Shown: positions 48,155 to 58,973, counted from the first letter of the stretch. The stretch: 64,000 nucleotides of DNA from an uncultured Candidatus Saccharibacteria bacterium (GCA_964356795.1 CAYHIK010000001.1:3111-67110); one strand, 5' to 3'. Notes: generated by a model from the sequence alone, not told the origin. Numbers and translations: made by a program.

Positions 48155-48795
48155 TTCTTGAGAATGGCAAGCCAGCCCATAGTATGCTTTTTATTTGCGG
48201 CGCTCGTATCAATCCTGTCTAAGAATATCGCGCAACGCCCTACAATGGAAAAACATCGGCTCGCGATGGCGCCAATAATTCTATGTCGGTAGAGTCCACC
48301 ACGATCAATGAAGTATCTGATGCAGAATTGCGTCATCATAGAGAACATCCCGCCACGGGGAACGAATCGCACAACCGAAAGACCACACTCGCCCGCGATA
48401 CTCTCAATCCAATACTTTGTGAACCGAGAAAAATCATACGGCTCTTCATGTAGTTCGCACGCCTGCGGAACCGTTAGCAAGATCGTACCCCTAGGTCGAA
48501 GCACCCTGCTCATTTCGTGCATTGCCTGCTCAGGATGCACAACATGTTCGAGCACCTGTGTGCACACAATTCCATCGAATGACGCATCGGGAAATGGAAT
48601 GTGTTCGGCCGAACCGACGACATCAATGCCGTCCTCCTTTCGGATATCCATTCGAACATATGAATCAAATGTAAAGTAGTGTCGGTAACGCGCGACCGAA
48701 CCAGCCCCAACATCAAGCACCGCGCCTCCGATGTGCGATGCATGTTCTTTGATGTGCCGGTCAAGCAACATGCGATCAATTTGGAAGATTTGCAT
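48151..48795 (-). CDS. class I SAM-dependent methyltransferase (type 11), tandem paralogue
   Basis: VLDVGAGSVARY and DGIVCTQVLEHVVHPEQ. ATG at 48795, 4 nt from the flippase stop. Confidence 0.7.
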   Translation of the reverse strand: MQIFQIDRMLLDRHIKEHASHIGGAVLDVGAGSVARYRHYFTFDSYVRMDIRKEDGIDVVGSAEHIPFPDASFDGIVCTQVLEHVVHPEQAMHEMSRVLRPRGTILLTVPQACELHEEPYDFSRFTKYWIESIAGECGLSVVRFVPRGGMFSMMTQFCIRYFIDRGGLYRHRIIGAIASRCFSIVGRCAIFLDRIDTSAANKKHTMGWLAILKK

Positions 48796-48799
48796 AGCG

Positions 48800-50131
48800 T
48801 TATGCTGCTGACGCCGTACGTAGATAGCGCCGCGTATACAAGAATATCGTAGCGTGAGCAATGACATACCATGCCGTCACAATTCCAATCGTACCCCACG
48901 CGCCAAAGTGTTTTATCGCAAACAACGCAAGAGGTACGCCGACTCCTAGGTTCACCGTGTGCATTATGATAGAAACATGAACCTTATTGAGCGCTCTCAA
49001 AATTGAACCAAGACCTACGCCAAGACCCATGAGCGCACCGTAGGGAACAAGCGCGTACACATAGCGCACGCTCTGCGCAAATTCAGGGCCATAGAATATC
49101 TTAAACGCTATCGGGGCCACAAGCGCGGCCCCAAGAGTGAGCCCCGTCGAGATGCCGACCGCATACATAGTGACGCGGACAAAGTTTCTCGAGAGTCGCG
49201 CAACTCCCTGTACTTTCATTTTTGGAAATTCAACATTGAGGAGCATTCCTATGGGACCGAGAAATCCAAGCGCCAGGTTAATGTACGCAAATGCGAGTTT
49301 GAAAAACGTAACTTCCGACGGTGATACATAAATACCCGTGAGAAGGATGGGGAGGATGTTGTAGAGATTCGAGAGATTCCTATCAACGGCAATCCAGAAG
49401 CTATATCGCAAATATTTCTGAATAGAAGCTTCGCGCGCATACGCAAGCAAATCTCGAATCCTCGGAAGTATCGAAAAATCTCGCTGTAATCTCTTCCACA
49501 CAACGACTGACGCGATGCAGAGAATGCTTGCACCAACAAAATGACCAGACACGATACCGCCCACACCAAACCCCGCTATCACAAACGAGAGAGCAAACGT
49601 GGTGCGCAACATCTGATCACTCAATCCAAGTATCGTCATCTGGCGAATGCGCCCCACAACCTGGGAGCCAATCGTCGAAAAAGAATACGCCGTCGTCGAG
49701 ACGATCGATGCACAGATAACAACCGCCGCGAACCATCCAATCGCGGTCGTGCCATAGAGCTGATACGAGATAAGTGGTGCCAGCGCCGCACCAAAGAGCG
49801 TTACAAAACTCATGATAACGGTAATCTTCACAAGAAACGCCAGCGCGTCACGGATTTCTCGCGCATCTTTCCGCGCATACGCCTCGCCCAGAATCGTCGT
49901 CACTGCATCCTGCGCTCCTACGCCAAGAAAAATTGAAATGAACCCCGCGAGACTGAATGTAAGCGCGTATACGCCAAATGCTTCGGGCTGAAGCACGCGA
50001 GCCATAATAATACCCGCAATAGCTTGGAATACGTTTCCAAACATGCTCCCCGCCTGAAGAATGGCAGTATTTCGGACAAATGTATGGGTGCGAAAATACT
50101 CGATTTTCTCTCGAATCTGCGCGATTGACAT
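48800..50131 (-). CDS. Wzx-type oligosaccharide flippase (MOP/polysaccharide biosynthesis protein family)
   Basis: 443 aa with about 12 TM segments and a typical PST-family N-terminus. Confidence 0.6.
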   Translation of the reverse strand: MSIAQIREKIEYFRTHTFVRNTAILQAGSMFGNVFQAIAGIIMARVLQPEAFGVYALTFSLAGFISIFLGVGAQDAVTTILGEAYARKDAREIRDALAFLVKITVIMSFVTLFGAALAPLISYQLYGTTAIGWFAAVVICASIVSTTAYSFSTIGSQVVGRIRQMTILGLSDQMLRTTFALSFVIAGFGVGGIVSGHFVGASILCIASVVVWKRLQRDFSILPRIRDLLAYAREASIQKYLRYSFWIAVDRNLSNLYNILPILLTGIYVSPSEVTFFKLAFAYINLALGFLGPIGMLLNVEFPKMKVQGVARLSRNFVRVTMYAVGISTGLTLGAALVAPIAFKIFYGPEFAQSVRYVYALVPYGALMGLGVGLGSILRALNKVHVSIIMHTVNLGVGVPLALFAIKHFGAWGTIGIVTAWYVIAHATIFLYTRRYLRTASAA

Positions 50132-50166
50132 GCGCGCATACTAGCACGGAATGACGCGAAAATAAA

Positions 50167-53100
50167 CTAAAATAGCGACTTTATATATTCTTGCGTCAGC
50201 ACCCCCGCATACTCAAATAGCACCGTGTGCTCCCCTGCAGGGATGGGGAGACCGTGGAAGAGGTAGTTTGCCATGTAGGATTGTGTGGGGGCGCCGTCGA
50301 TGGTGATACGCCATCCGGGGAGATTTGATTCGGAGAAGACGAGCCAGCGATCATGATTTGTTTTTGTCATGAGGCGAAGGTATCCGTCACGGTATGCTTC
50401 GATGGTAATGGAGTCGGATGAGGTGTGTTGATTCTTGATTGCTCCACAATCTGCGCATTCGATGAATGTGGTGTTTGCGAAGTTTGCATTTGATTCGATG
50501 ATTGTTTTGAAATTCTTCTCTTCATCAGTCTCGGATACATGCGTAATGCCCCGTGCAAAGTAGATGCGGGGCATGACAGTCGTGTTCTCGTAGAGATAGA
50601 TGGGGATGTTGAATCGCGTAGATGATGCCTCTTCGAGTAGCTGCAGACCAGAGGTTGCGGGGAGCTCATACGCGGAGATGAGGTACTTCACGTTCAGCAT
50701 GGAGAGGACGGGGAGGCGGTGTGAGAAAAGAGATAGTTTTTCGGGTAGCGAAATGCTTTCATTTGCGAGCGATGCAAACCGCTGGTTCGATTCACTCCCC
50801 ACAAATGCCAGAACTCGCTGCCCCCTTCGTGGCGCCATCGGCTCATAGCCGTCGATGGTCGCAATGCCTCGCAGAAGGCCGGTATTGGGCATGAGCGAAT
50901 CAATGCCATACATCATCGCATCTCTGGATGCACCCTCATTGATTGCGGATATGCGCTGAGATCCTGCAGAACCATAGAGGAAGCTAAACGTACGAAAACT
51001 CATCGCATCATCGCCTCTCGAAAGAATCGCATCCGCGATTGGGGGCGACGAAGAGAGCGTATCAGACCGCGCAAACGTGTGCCCCATCATTCCCGATACA
51101 CCAAGCAACACACACGAAGTAACCACGGACGCCACGGCAAATGCCTTCGCATCTCTCGCATATTGGGCCACCAGATAGACCGCAGCGATAGATGCTAGAG
51201 CGATCAAGAAACTTGCATCTCCGAGCGAAAAATTATCGAAAGAATTTTTCACGATTCGCTCGATGAGTGCGTGGTAGTACTCAAGAGGAAGCCCCGTCGT
51301 GCCCTGATACATTTTCTCTGTGAATTGATGCTGAACGTATCGGATAATGCTCTCGCCCGCCACTGCAAATACCAGAGTTGCTGTCGTGGCAATGCCAAGC
51401 ACGCTAATAAACGCACGTCTTGAATATAGCTGGATACTCGCCCTCACACCCTCCCAATGCTCTATCGTCCACTTCATGCCATAGCCCGCCAGAATTGCCA
51501 TCGAAAAATTAAGAACAAACGTCCATCGAGCTGGCCCACGGAAATACTCCAACACGGGGAGCTGATGGAGTACCCAAAATATGGGGGAGTATTTAAATGA
51601 AGCAATAATCACACCAGCGCTCAGCAAGGCAAAGAATCTAACACTGGATTCGCTCTTGTACATCTTTGCCACCGCAATGAATGCAAATACGAGACCAAAG
51701 ATACCGATATACGGCAAAAATTCGGCGGACACACCGTATCGAAATGAAAAATACGGAAATACAAACTTTATCAAATCCAATGGCGTCGCCGCATCGACAC
51801 TTGCCTGCGCAAGAGTAAGACCGCCGACTCTCGTTGAAAGCGGAGTAAATACCGCCACATATATAAACTGCGGGAGTCCAATAATAAACGCCACGAGAAG
51901 CGCACCAATTGCACGCCCACTATCCCAGATGATGCCCCTCAGGCTCTTTCCCGCCTTGCGCGCCGCAGACTCAAGCCACAGCCAATAGAGCGCAGCGACC
52001 ATGAGCGCCATAATCACGAACTGTTGATGCGACCCCAAGAACGAGAGTCCAACGAGTGCCGAGTAAAACAGCGCCGCCCACCGTGACCCCCTCACCATAC
52101 TCCGCGCCATGAGCAATGATGCGGGCAACACATACACTGCGGAAACAACAGCGATATTTCCAAGCCAATGCGCGGTGAATTGGCCCAGTGTAAACGTAAT
52201 CGCGACAAAAAAGCTTACGAGCCGACTTGAGAATAATTGCCGAGCAAGTGCGTAGCTTAAATATCCCGCAAGGAGAGCAAAGAATACTACGAGTGCATTA
52301 TAACTTCCAGAAAAAGCGCGATAGATTGGATGAAAGAACCCCCACTGAAATGACGATGGAATCGGAAATCCCGAAAGAATCCCAGAAGTCCACTGAGTTC
52401 CCATGATTGAGCTATCCGGATAAAATACCCCAACCGCGTCTCCATCAAAGAAGATATATCTCTGCCCAAAGAATACGCCGAGACAAATGAGCGCAAATAC
52501 ACCAAGCAGTATAAATCTTCGACGCAACGGATTCTCATCATACGCGCCAAAAAAGCGCCGAGTCCAAACTTGAAGAAGTTCCCAGAGCGTGTAGACGTAT
52601 GATCCAATCGATATTCGAGATATAATTGGCGCCGTATACGTAATAGGTATCTCACGAATATCTAAGCCTCGAGCATTTGCAATTGCGAGCATCTCTATAT
52701 CAAACCCCCAACGCATGAGCGAAAGCCGCGAGAATAGTTCATGCGCCAAACTCCCACGAATCATTTTCAAGCCACGTTGAGTGTCGATGATATTCCAACC
52801 CATAACGAATCGGATTAATCGCTTTGCAAGAAGCCCCAATACGCCTCTTTTCCAAAATTGACCGCCAGGGGCGATGCCGGGAGCGGACGCGATTAATACA
52901 TCCGCGCCGTCACAGCATTGAGGCCAGAACTTATCCAGCTCTAAAACACTAATCTGCAAATCTGCATCTATGAAGAGTCGGCAGTCTCCCTGTGCCGCCA
53001 GCATTCCCGTTTTTACAGCTGCTCCCTTTCCTCGGTTTCGCTCATGCGACTTGATTTGGACATGTGAAAGATGGAGCCCTTCAACTACAGACCTCGTATC

Positions 53101-53253
53101 GTCCATAGATCCATCATCAACAACAATAATCTCACACGCCATATTCTTTGCATTGAAATAATCCGTAATCGTTTGAATGGTGCGAATAATACCCCTCCCC
53201 TCATTAAAGGCGGGTATAATAACTGACGTCAGTGTGGGTAGCGCTGATTTCAT
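50167..53253 (-). CDS. fusion protein: N-terminal GT2 (DPM1-like polyprenyl-P glycosyltransferase) + C-terminal YfhO-like GT-C polytopic membrane glycosyltransferase
   Basis: N-terminus SVIIPAFNEG...VVDDGSMDDT...DADLQ (the GT2 DxD motif). The remaining ~800 aa have more than 10 TM segments and a YfhO-like C-terminus. 1028 aa. Confidence 0.6.
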   Translation of the reverse strand: MKSALPTLTSVIIPAFNEGRGIIRTIQTITDYFNAKNMACEIIVVDDGSMDDTRSVVEGLHLSHVQIKSHERNRGKGAAVKTGMLAAQGDCRLFIDADLQISVLELDKFWPQCCDGADVLIASAPGIAPGGQFWKRGVLGLLAKRLIRFVMGWNIIDTQRGLKMIRGSLAHELFSRLSLMRWGFDIEMLAIANARGLDIREIPITYTAPIISRISIGSYVYTLWELLQVWTRRFFGAYDENPLRRRFILLGVFALICLGVFFGQRYIFFDGDAVGVFYPDSSIMGTQWTSGILSGFPIPSSFQWGFFHPIYRAFSGSYNALVVFFALLAGYLSYALARQLFSSRLVSFFVAITFTLGQFTAHWLGNIAVVSAVYVLPASLLMARSMVRGSRWAALFYSALVGLSFLGSHQQFVIMALMVAALYWLWLESAARKAGKSLRGIIWDSGRAIGALLVAFIIGLPQFIYVAVFTPLSTRVGGLTLAQASVDAATPLDLIKFVFPYFSFRYGVSAEFLPYIGIFGLVFAFIAVAKMYKSESSVRFFALLSAGVIIASFKYSPIFWVLHQLPVLEYFRGPARWTFVLNFSMAILAGYGMKWTIEHWEGVRASIQLYSRRAFISVLGIATTATLVFAVAGESIIRYVQHQFTEKMYQGTTGLPLEYYHALIERIVKNSFDNFSLGDASFLIALASIAAVYLVAQYARDAKAFAVASVVTSCVLLGVSGMMGHTFARSDTLSSSPPIADAILSRGDDAMSFRTFSFLYGSAGSQRISAINEGASRDAMMYGIDSLMPNTGLLRGIATIDGYEPMAPRRGQRVLAFVGSESNQRFASLANESISLPEKLSLFSHRLPVLSMLNVKYLISAYELPATSGLQLLEEASSTRFNIPIYLYENTTVMPRIYFARGITHVSETDEEKNFKTIIESNANFANTTFIECADCGAIKNQHTSSDSITIEAYRDGYLRLMTKTNHDRWLVFSESNLPGWRITIDGAPTQSYMANYLFHGLPIPAGEHTVLFEYAGVLTQEYIKSLF
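50193..50716. repeat. ~524-bp direct repeat, copy 1 (identical to 53255-53778)
   Basis: The two copies are offset by 3062 bp. The encoded C-terminal ~174 aa of both YfhO-like proteins are identical. The antisense 100-aa ORFs at 50367-50669 and 53429-53731 are also identical in the track. Confidence 0.85.
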
Positions 53254-55643
53254 CGCGTCAGCACCCCCGCATACTCAAATAGCACCGTGTGCTCCCCTGC
53301 AGGGATGGGGAGACCGTGGAAGAGGTAGTTTGCCATGTAGGATTGTGTGGGGGCGCCGTCGATGGTGATACGCCATCCGGGGAGATTTGATTCGGAGAAG
53401 ACGAGCCAGCGATCATGATTTGTTTTTGTCATGAGGCGAAGGTATCCGTCACGGTATGCTTCGATGGTAATGGAGTCGGATGAGGTGTGTTGATTCTTGA
53501 TTGCTCCACAATCTGCGCATTCGATGAATGTGGTGTTTGCGAAGTTTGCATTTGATTCGATGATTGTTTTGAAATTCTTCTCTTCATCAGTCTCGGATAC
53601 ATGCGTAATGCCCCGTGCAAAGTAGATGCGGGGCATGACAGTCGTGTTCTCGTAGAGATAGATGGGGATGTTGAATCGCGTAGATGATGCCTCTTCGAGT
53701 AGCTGCAGACCAGAGGTTGCGGGGAGCTCATACGCGGAGATGAGGTACTTCACGTTCAGCATGGAGAGGACGGGGAGGTGGCGTGAGAATATTTGTAATT
53801 TCTCTTGCAGAGGCATCGAGGCATACGCCAATGAAGCACCCGTCGTAGCTCGCTCACTTCCAAGAAGCGCTATCGTTCGCGCAATGCGCCGCGTCATAAT
53901 ATTGGAAAAACCATCAATACTCAAAGCTCCGTACTGAATGCCAATATTGGGCACCATGAGGTCTCGCTGAAATTCAATAGAATCCGAGATTGAATACGTT
54001 CCCGAAAATGGCTGGTTCAATTTCTGATCTACAGCCGAGCCCGAAAGAACACTCAAATATCTGCCATCAGCGCCCTGCATACGCTCAGAGAATACTGGAG
54101 ATTTAGCAATGACTGATGCAGGAATAATTTGCGTTATATTGGGGTGCACAAAGAAAAGCGAGCACGCTGTGAGCGCAATCGTCGCACCACGTGCATAGCC
54201 GTCAAAGCCACGAACCGCCACCCGTCGAGCAATGAGAATTGCGACTCCGATAGATGCGAATCCAACGAAAAACACGGGATTGAATATGTCAGCATTGGAG
54301 ATAAGAGTATTGAAGAGCGATGAGATTGCGTTGTGGTAATGCTCCGCCGAGAGCCCACCCGTACGCGATGCGAGAAAATGCTCATCAAAATATGCATAGG
54401 CATATGAGAGGATGTGTGGACGAAGCGGAATAATAATCAAGCGCACAACAAGCGCGATAATAGCCAATCCCCCGAACATCCAGCGAAGCACTCGTTGAGC
54501 CCTACCCCATACAGAGTGCGCACCATGCGCTCTCGCGAAATCAAAGCCGATACCAGCCATAATCGCTAATCCAAAATTTCCGATATACATCCACCGATTT
54601 GAGCCACGGAATAGTTCGAGCACGGGAAGTTGATGCATGAGCCAGAACAAGGGGGAAAAGCGGAGTGCTGATAGTATCCCAAATCCAAACAAAAGCAGCA
54701 TCGGTAAAACACGTGAATCTAATCTACGAATCGTATACGCCACGCACGCCAGTATGACGGCAATAATCCCGATATAGAGCGTTGGCTCGGGTGCGTTTAG
54801 CTTGAGAAGTTGCACCCCTGGCATCACATACCACACCCAATCAAATGGGGTCAGAGAAGATATCTGCGCATCCTGAAAGCTCAGCCCCTGCGAGCGAGCG
54901 CTCAGCTCGGTGAATATTTGGGATGGAGAGATTTGGGGCCATGCAAGCAGAAAACCAAGACCCGCGCAGACACATATCAGTGCGAGTGATTTGAGTATGT
55001 TGCGCCTCATAAGCCTATCACTCTTCGCGCGCAAGAACTCAAAGACAGCGAGCAAGCCGACTCCGATATACGCCAAAACAACCCACTGAGGCTGGCCCGC
55101 GATAAGCGCATACCAGGTTGCAAGGAGCGCGATAATCGAAAATGCATAACGCCCGCTCATCCCCCTCCGAAGCGCGATAACGAGAATCGGGAGAAGATAT
55201 ATGGAATTCGCAACGGTTATATTATTGCTCCAATTCGCATTATGAGATCCGAATGAATACGCGATTGCAGTAAAGAGTGATGCCTGTCGAGATAGCGCAT
55301 AGCTTCGCGCGGCTCCAAATGACGCGACGAAAAGGACAGCCAGCGAAATAAATATCTCGATATTGTACGCCCCAACAACGTCAAACGTCCGAAATAGAAA
55401 TTGCGTTAGCGGAGATTCGAGACCACCGATGAGATCGATAAACATGGGGAACCCGCCCAGCATACCAGACGACCACAGAAACGAATTACCATCGCGCAAC
55501 TGCTCCGCAAAAAAAGTAAGACCTGGATAAAAAGACTGAATAGCATCGCCATTTGAATACGCGTAGCCAAATATCTGCGGAATAAAAAAGAGAATCATGA
55601 CTGCGCCAAGCGAAGCAATAGTTAAAATCTTTTTACTCTTCAT
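53250..55643 (-). CDS. YfhO-like GT-C family polytopic membrane glycosyltransferase
   Basis: 797 aa with more than 12 TM segments. Its C-terminal domain is identical to that of the upstream fusion protein. Confidence 0.55.
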   Translation of the reverse strand: MKSKKILTIASLGAVMILFFIPQIFGYAYSNGDAIQSFYPGLTFFAEQLRDGNSFLWSSGMLGGFPMFIDLIGGLESPLTQFLFRTFDVVGAYNIEIFISLAVLFVASFGAARSYALSRQASLFTAIAYSFGSHNANWSNNITVANSIYLLPILVIALRRGMSGRYAFSIIALLATWYALIAGQPQWVVLAYIGVGLLAVFEFLRAKSDRLMRRNILKSLALICVCAGLGFLLAWPQISPSQIFTELSARSQGLSFQDAQISSLTPFDWVWYVMPGVQLLKLNAPEPTLYIGIIAVILACVAYTIRRLDSRVLPMLLLFGFGILSALRFSPLFWLMHQLPVLELFRGSNRWMYIGNFGLAIMAGIGFDFARAHGAHSVWGRAQRVLRWMFGGLAIIALVVRLIIIPLRPHILSYAYAYFDEHFLASRTGGLSAEHYHNAISSLFNTLISNADIFNPVFFVGFASIGVAILIARRVAVRGFDGYARGATIALTACSLFFVHPNITQIIPASVIAKSPVFSERMQGADGRYLSVLSGSAVDQKLNQPFSGTYSISDSIEFQRDLMVPNIGIQYGALSIDGFSNIMTRRIARTIALLGSERATTGASLAYASMPLQEKLQIFSRHLPVLSMLNVKYLISAYELPATSGLQLLEEASSTRFNIPIYLYENTTVMPRIYFARGITHVSETDEEKNFKTIIESNANFANTTFIECADCGAIKNQHTSSDSITIEAYRDGYLRLMTKTNHDRWLVFSESNLPGWRITIDGAPTQSYMANYLFHGLPIPAGEHTVLFEYAGVLTR
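53255..53778. repeat. ~524-bp direct repeat, copy 2
   Basis: See copy 1; sequence identity is inferred from identical translations in two frames and from visual comparison. Confidence 0.85.
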
Positions 55644-57193
55644 GATTTCTTTGCAATCACGAACACGTTGTCATACAGATTAATAGGGATGCTAAGCGAT
55701 GCGAGCCACGACCGCTCGATGACGCGCGCAAAACGACGCACCACAGCAATGCCAGACCAAGAAGCAAGTATCGAGAAGACATACGGAACTGAAAATGATT
55801 TACCAATTGCACCCATTGAGATAACGGTAAAGCCAGCGCGCTCTAGAGCCGTACGCAGTCCAGTCCTAGAAAAAAGCACGAGATGCTCGGGTGGCACGAT
55901 GAGGTGCCAGTGAACACCCCATAATCGAGCCCAAACGCTTCCACTATCCGGCGTGTTTATTGCGATAACTCCATCAGAATTCAAAAGCTTATGCGCAGCA
56001 GCAAGCGCATCGTGTGCGCTCGGCACGTGCTCAAGCACGTCCCACATAGTTACCACTTCGTAGCGCTCACCGGAATCACCCATTGACTCAATCGTTCCCT
56101 GTCGAATATCGAGACCTCTCTCGCGACCCTCCCCAGATGCAGACTCAGATATCTCCACTCCACGAGCGCGCATACCGTATCGATTCGCAAGCGCCACAAA
56201 ATATCCATTCGCCGCTCCAACGTCAAGAAGTGTAGCATCCAACTTCACGCGCTCCTGAATCGCACGAATATATGCGACAAATGTCGATTCTTGGGATTGC
56301 TTGTCACGCTCATAGTCCGCATATCCAAAGCCACCGCCCGCCCCGTGAAAATAGTCCTCTCCATACACGTAGCTCGTGTTGTGAGGTATGGGAAATACAA
56401 ATACCGATCCGCACCTCTTTGATCGATACACCGAGTGTCCATTTCGTCGGCCCATCAATTGGCCATCGCGCTCATCACAAACAGGACATGTAACTTTTTG
56501 TGCCCGTATCTTCCATGGCCCCATAATTCCCTCCCGAATTATGAATCCCGAAATTTTTGATTCGCCCTCTCGACGAGCTTGGAAAATGATGGGGGTCTCG
56601 CGAAATGTAGCACCAGATGACACCAGGGCATATTTAAGCTCCTGAAGAAATGCGTAGCCGGATAAATCGATAGCATCGAGGTCGATGGCGCGAAGGGCAC
56701 GAGTAGTGATGCATTGGTATCCTGTCGTCCAATCTCGAATTGGGTAGCGTAAAATCGTCCGCACGTATAGGTTGGCCCAATAGCTTAATTGCCGACGCCA
56801 TAATTCCCACTTCGCAATTCCCCCTCCCTTCACATAGCGAGAACCTATCGCAAGATCAACGTTCTTCGCTGTTGAAATGAGCTCTGGCAGATATTTGGGA
56901 TGATGCGAAAAATCAGCGTCCATCGTTACAACTCGCTCGACTGATCCATCCTTGAGCACCTCTTTGAATGCTGAAATGTAGGCAGCGCCGAGCCCTTGCT
57001 TGCCAGGGCGAGACATTAATCGAACCGATGCGTGCTTCTGCATACTCGCCCGAACCGCATCAGCGGTACCATCAGGAGAATTATCATCAACCACCAAGAC
57101 GCCCACATCGGGCGCACTCCGAAGAATCTCCTCAATCAGAGATGAGATGTTTCCTCTTTCGTTATATGTGGGCAGAATGACGACCGTTTTCAT
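55640..57193 (-). CDS. fusion protein: GT2 polyprenyl-phosphate glycosyltransferase + class I SAM methyltransferase
   Basis: N-terminus VVILPTYNERGNI...VVDDNSPDGT...DADFS (GT2). C-terminus TLLDVGAANGYF...VVTMWDVLEHV (methyltransferase motifs I and post-I). Confidence 0.65.
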   Translation of the reverse strand: MKTVVILPTYNERGNISSLIEEILRSAPDVGVLVVDDNSPDGTADAVRASMQKHASVRLMSRPGKQGLGAAYISAFKEVLKDGSVERVVTMDADFSHHPKYLPELISTAKNVDLAIGSRYVKGGGIAKWELWRRQLSYWANLYVRTILRYPIRDWTTGYQCITTRALRAIDLDAIDLSGYAFLQELKYALVSSGATFRETPIIFQARREGESKISGFIIREGIMGPWKIRAQKVTCPVCDERDGQLMGRRNGHSVYRSKRCGSVFVFPIPHNTSYVYGEDYFHGAGGGFGYADYERDKQSQESTFVAYIRAIQERVKLDATLLDVGAANGYFVALANRYGMRARGVEISESASGEGRERGLDIRQGTIESMGDSGERYEVVTMWDVLEHVPSAHDALAAAHKLLNSDGVIAINTPDSGSVWARLWGVHWHLIVPPEHLVLFSRTGLRTALERAGFTVISMGAIGKSFSVPYVFSILASWSGIAVVRRFARVIERSWLASLSIPINLYDNVFVIAKKS

Positions 57194-57196
57194 GCG

Positions 57197-58321
57197 CTAC
57201 TTCATTAATGAATCAAATGCCGCGCACACATCTTCAACCGTAATGCGCTCAACCTGACGGCGCGCTTCGGTATAATCATAGATGCGCGCGTTCATAATAT
57301 GCACCACTGGCTCCTTTCGCTCTTTCCAGAGCACCACTACGTGCCCCCGGCCCCGCGGAGGCTGCTCGCGCTCATCAACAGGCCCCACAATATCAACGGT
57401 CTTCACTCCGAATGCTTCGGCAATGTATACAGGACCCGTATCAACAGCAACAAAGACCTGCATTCGAGCCATGAGCGCTTTTAGTGCATCGAGGGAGAGC
57501 GCATGTGATGCATCAATGATTGGCGTACCGCTTGAAACAGCACCCTTGAACGCGATAACTTCTTCCGTGTCAGCTGGCCCACCGATGAGAATAATGCGCG
57601 CCGCATAGTGCGCATAGATATAATCGGCAACTCGCGCAAATCGATCAGCTCCCCAATTTTTTATTTTATTTCCGCTCGATACCGAAATACCAACGACAAC
57701 GTCATTCTCGCTGATAGAATTCTTTTGGAAAAAATTATCAATCTCCTCTCCTGCTTCGGAGGAAAATCCGAGATGCTTCTGCGTGTCGTCTGTAGTGATT
57801 CCAAGCGGCTCAAGAAGTCGTAAATACTCAGCCGGAGCATACGACCCCATGCGATGAGGTCGTGTGATCGCCACGATACTTAATAGTCGATACATCCGCG
57901 TATCGTTTGGGCTAAAGCCATTTTCAACGCGTGGAACCATAATCGCTTTTGCACCACCAAGATACGCGATAGCGAGCGCGGTAAAACTCGGAGCAACCGA
58001 AATGGCCACATCTACTGATAGTTGAGAAAAGCGCGCAAGAACCTCATCGAATTCTGTGAACGGTATATATTCATCAACGTCCTGATTATGACGAAGCAGT
58101 TCTTGATACTGTGGCTGGCCAACTACATACAGTTGAGATTTGGGATATGCCGACTTGAGCGCTCGGAACACGGGAGTCGTGCACACCATATCGCCAAGCT
58201 GCGCCATCTGAAATACAACAATGACTTTTGGGTTCTTTGGAGGCGTCTTTGCGAATCCGTGCAGCACGGCGTGGGCAACACCTCGAAGTAATATCGAGAA
58301 ATACGAGATTTTTTTATGCAT
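57197..58321 (-). CDS. glycosyltransferase family 9 (heptosyltransferase-like)
   Basis: QLGDMVCTTPVFRALK and DTGPVYIAEAFG, the GT9 signatures. Confidence 0.55.
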   Translation of the reverse strand: MHKKISYFSILLRGVAHAVLHGFAKTPPKNPKVIVVFQMAQLGDMVCTTPVFRALKSAYPKSQLYVVGQPQYQELLRHNQDVDEYIPFTEFDEVLARFSQLSVDVAISVAPSFTALAIAYLGGAKAIMVPRVENGFSPNDTRMYRLLSIVAITRPHRMGSYAPAEYLRLLEPLGITTDDTQKHLGFSSEAGEEIDNFFQKNSISENDVVVGISVSSGNKIKNWGADRFARVADYIYAHYAARIILIGGPADTEEVIAFKGAVSSGTPIIDASHALSLDALKALMARMQVFVAVDTGPVYIAEAFGVKTVDIVGPVDEREQPPRGRGHVVVLWKERKEPVVHIMNARIYDYTEARRQVERITVEDVCAAFDSLMK

Positions 58322-58973
58322 GATCGTGCTTGCTTGCTACGAGAAAAAAGGCGCTCGCAAACGCATCCTTTTCTTTTATCGATTTCTTGATGTCGCCATA
58401 GATAGCTCGAAACATCGAGGGCATCTTCTGTAGTATTTTCGCAAATGCAAAAAGTAAGAATTTACTCACCGCATTGAATCGCATACGACTTTGATATCCA
58501 GCTCGCTGTGCAAGAATGGCAAATGATGTTTGTGCGTCAGCCTCTGCTTCGAGTTTTTCTATTGTCCATCCTGAATGAAAAAGCTCTTGAAGTCCGTACT
58601 TTGTAAATCTCCAAAAATCTCCCGGGGCATCGTGTATGGGAAAGAGAAATGGAACGGAAACAATAATACGGCCACCCGCCTTCAGGCATCGACGCATCTC
58701 TGTGATAGCTCGGGCGGGTTCTTTGAGGTGCTCGAGAACCGACATGCATAGAACGACGTCGAATTCCCCATCTTGGAATGGAAGATCGTACACACTAGCT
58801 ACGATGTCTACGCCTGGGCCCGGCTTAATATCGATTCCCGTTCGGTGTTGGAAATACGAGCCATAGCTGGGCTTCCCATAGGAGCCAACCTCCAGCACCC
58901 GCGCATCCGAAGCGTACGGGGCAATGAGTGTGTCGAGCCTTTTTCTGCTTATTTTGTCTGTGAGAAAGCTCAT
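58314..58973 (-). CDS. class I SAM-dependent methyltransferase (type 11)
   Basis: RVLEVGSYG and DVVLCMSVLEHLKEP. Paralogous to the two MTs at 47.5-48.8 kb. Confidence 0.7.
   Translation of the reverse strand: MSFLTDKISRKRLDTLIAPYASDARVLEVGSYGKPSYGSYFQHRTGIDIKPGPGVDIVASVYDLPFQDGEFDVVLCMSVLEHLKEPARAITEMRRCLKAGGRIIVSVPFLFPIHDAPGDFWRFTKYGLQELFHSGWTIEKLEAEADAQTSFAILAQRAGYQSRMRFNAVSKFLLFAFAKILQKMPSMFRAIYGDIKKSIKEKDAFASAFFLVASKHDHA

Noticed and set aside
50367-50669. Identical 100-aa ORFs at 50367-50669 and 53429-53731
   Set aside because: They are antisense to the YfhO-like coding sequence and exist twice only because they lie inside the 524-bp direct repeat. They are not independent genes.
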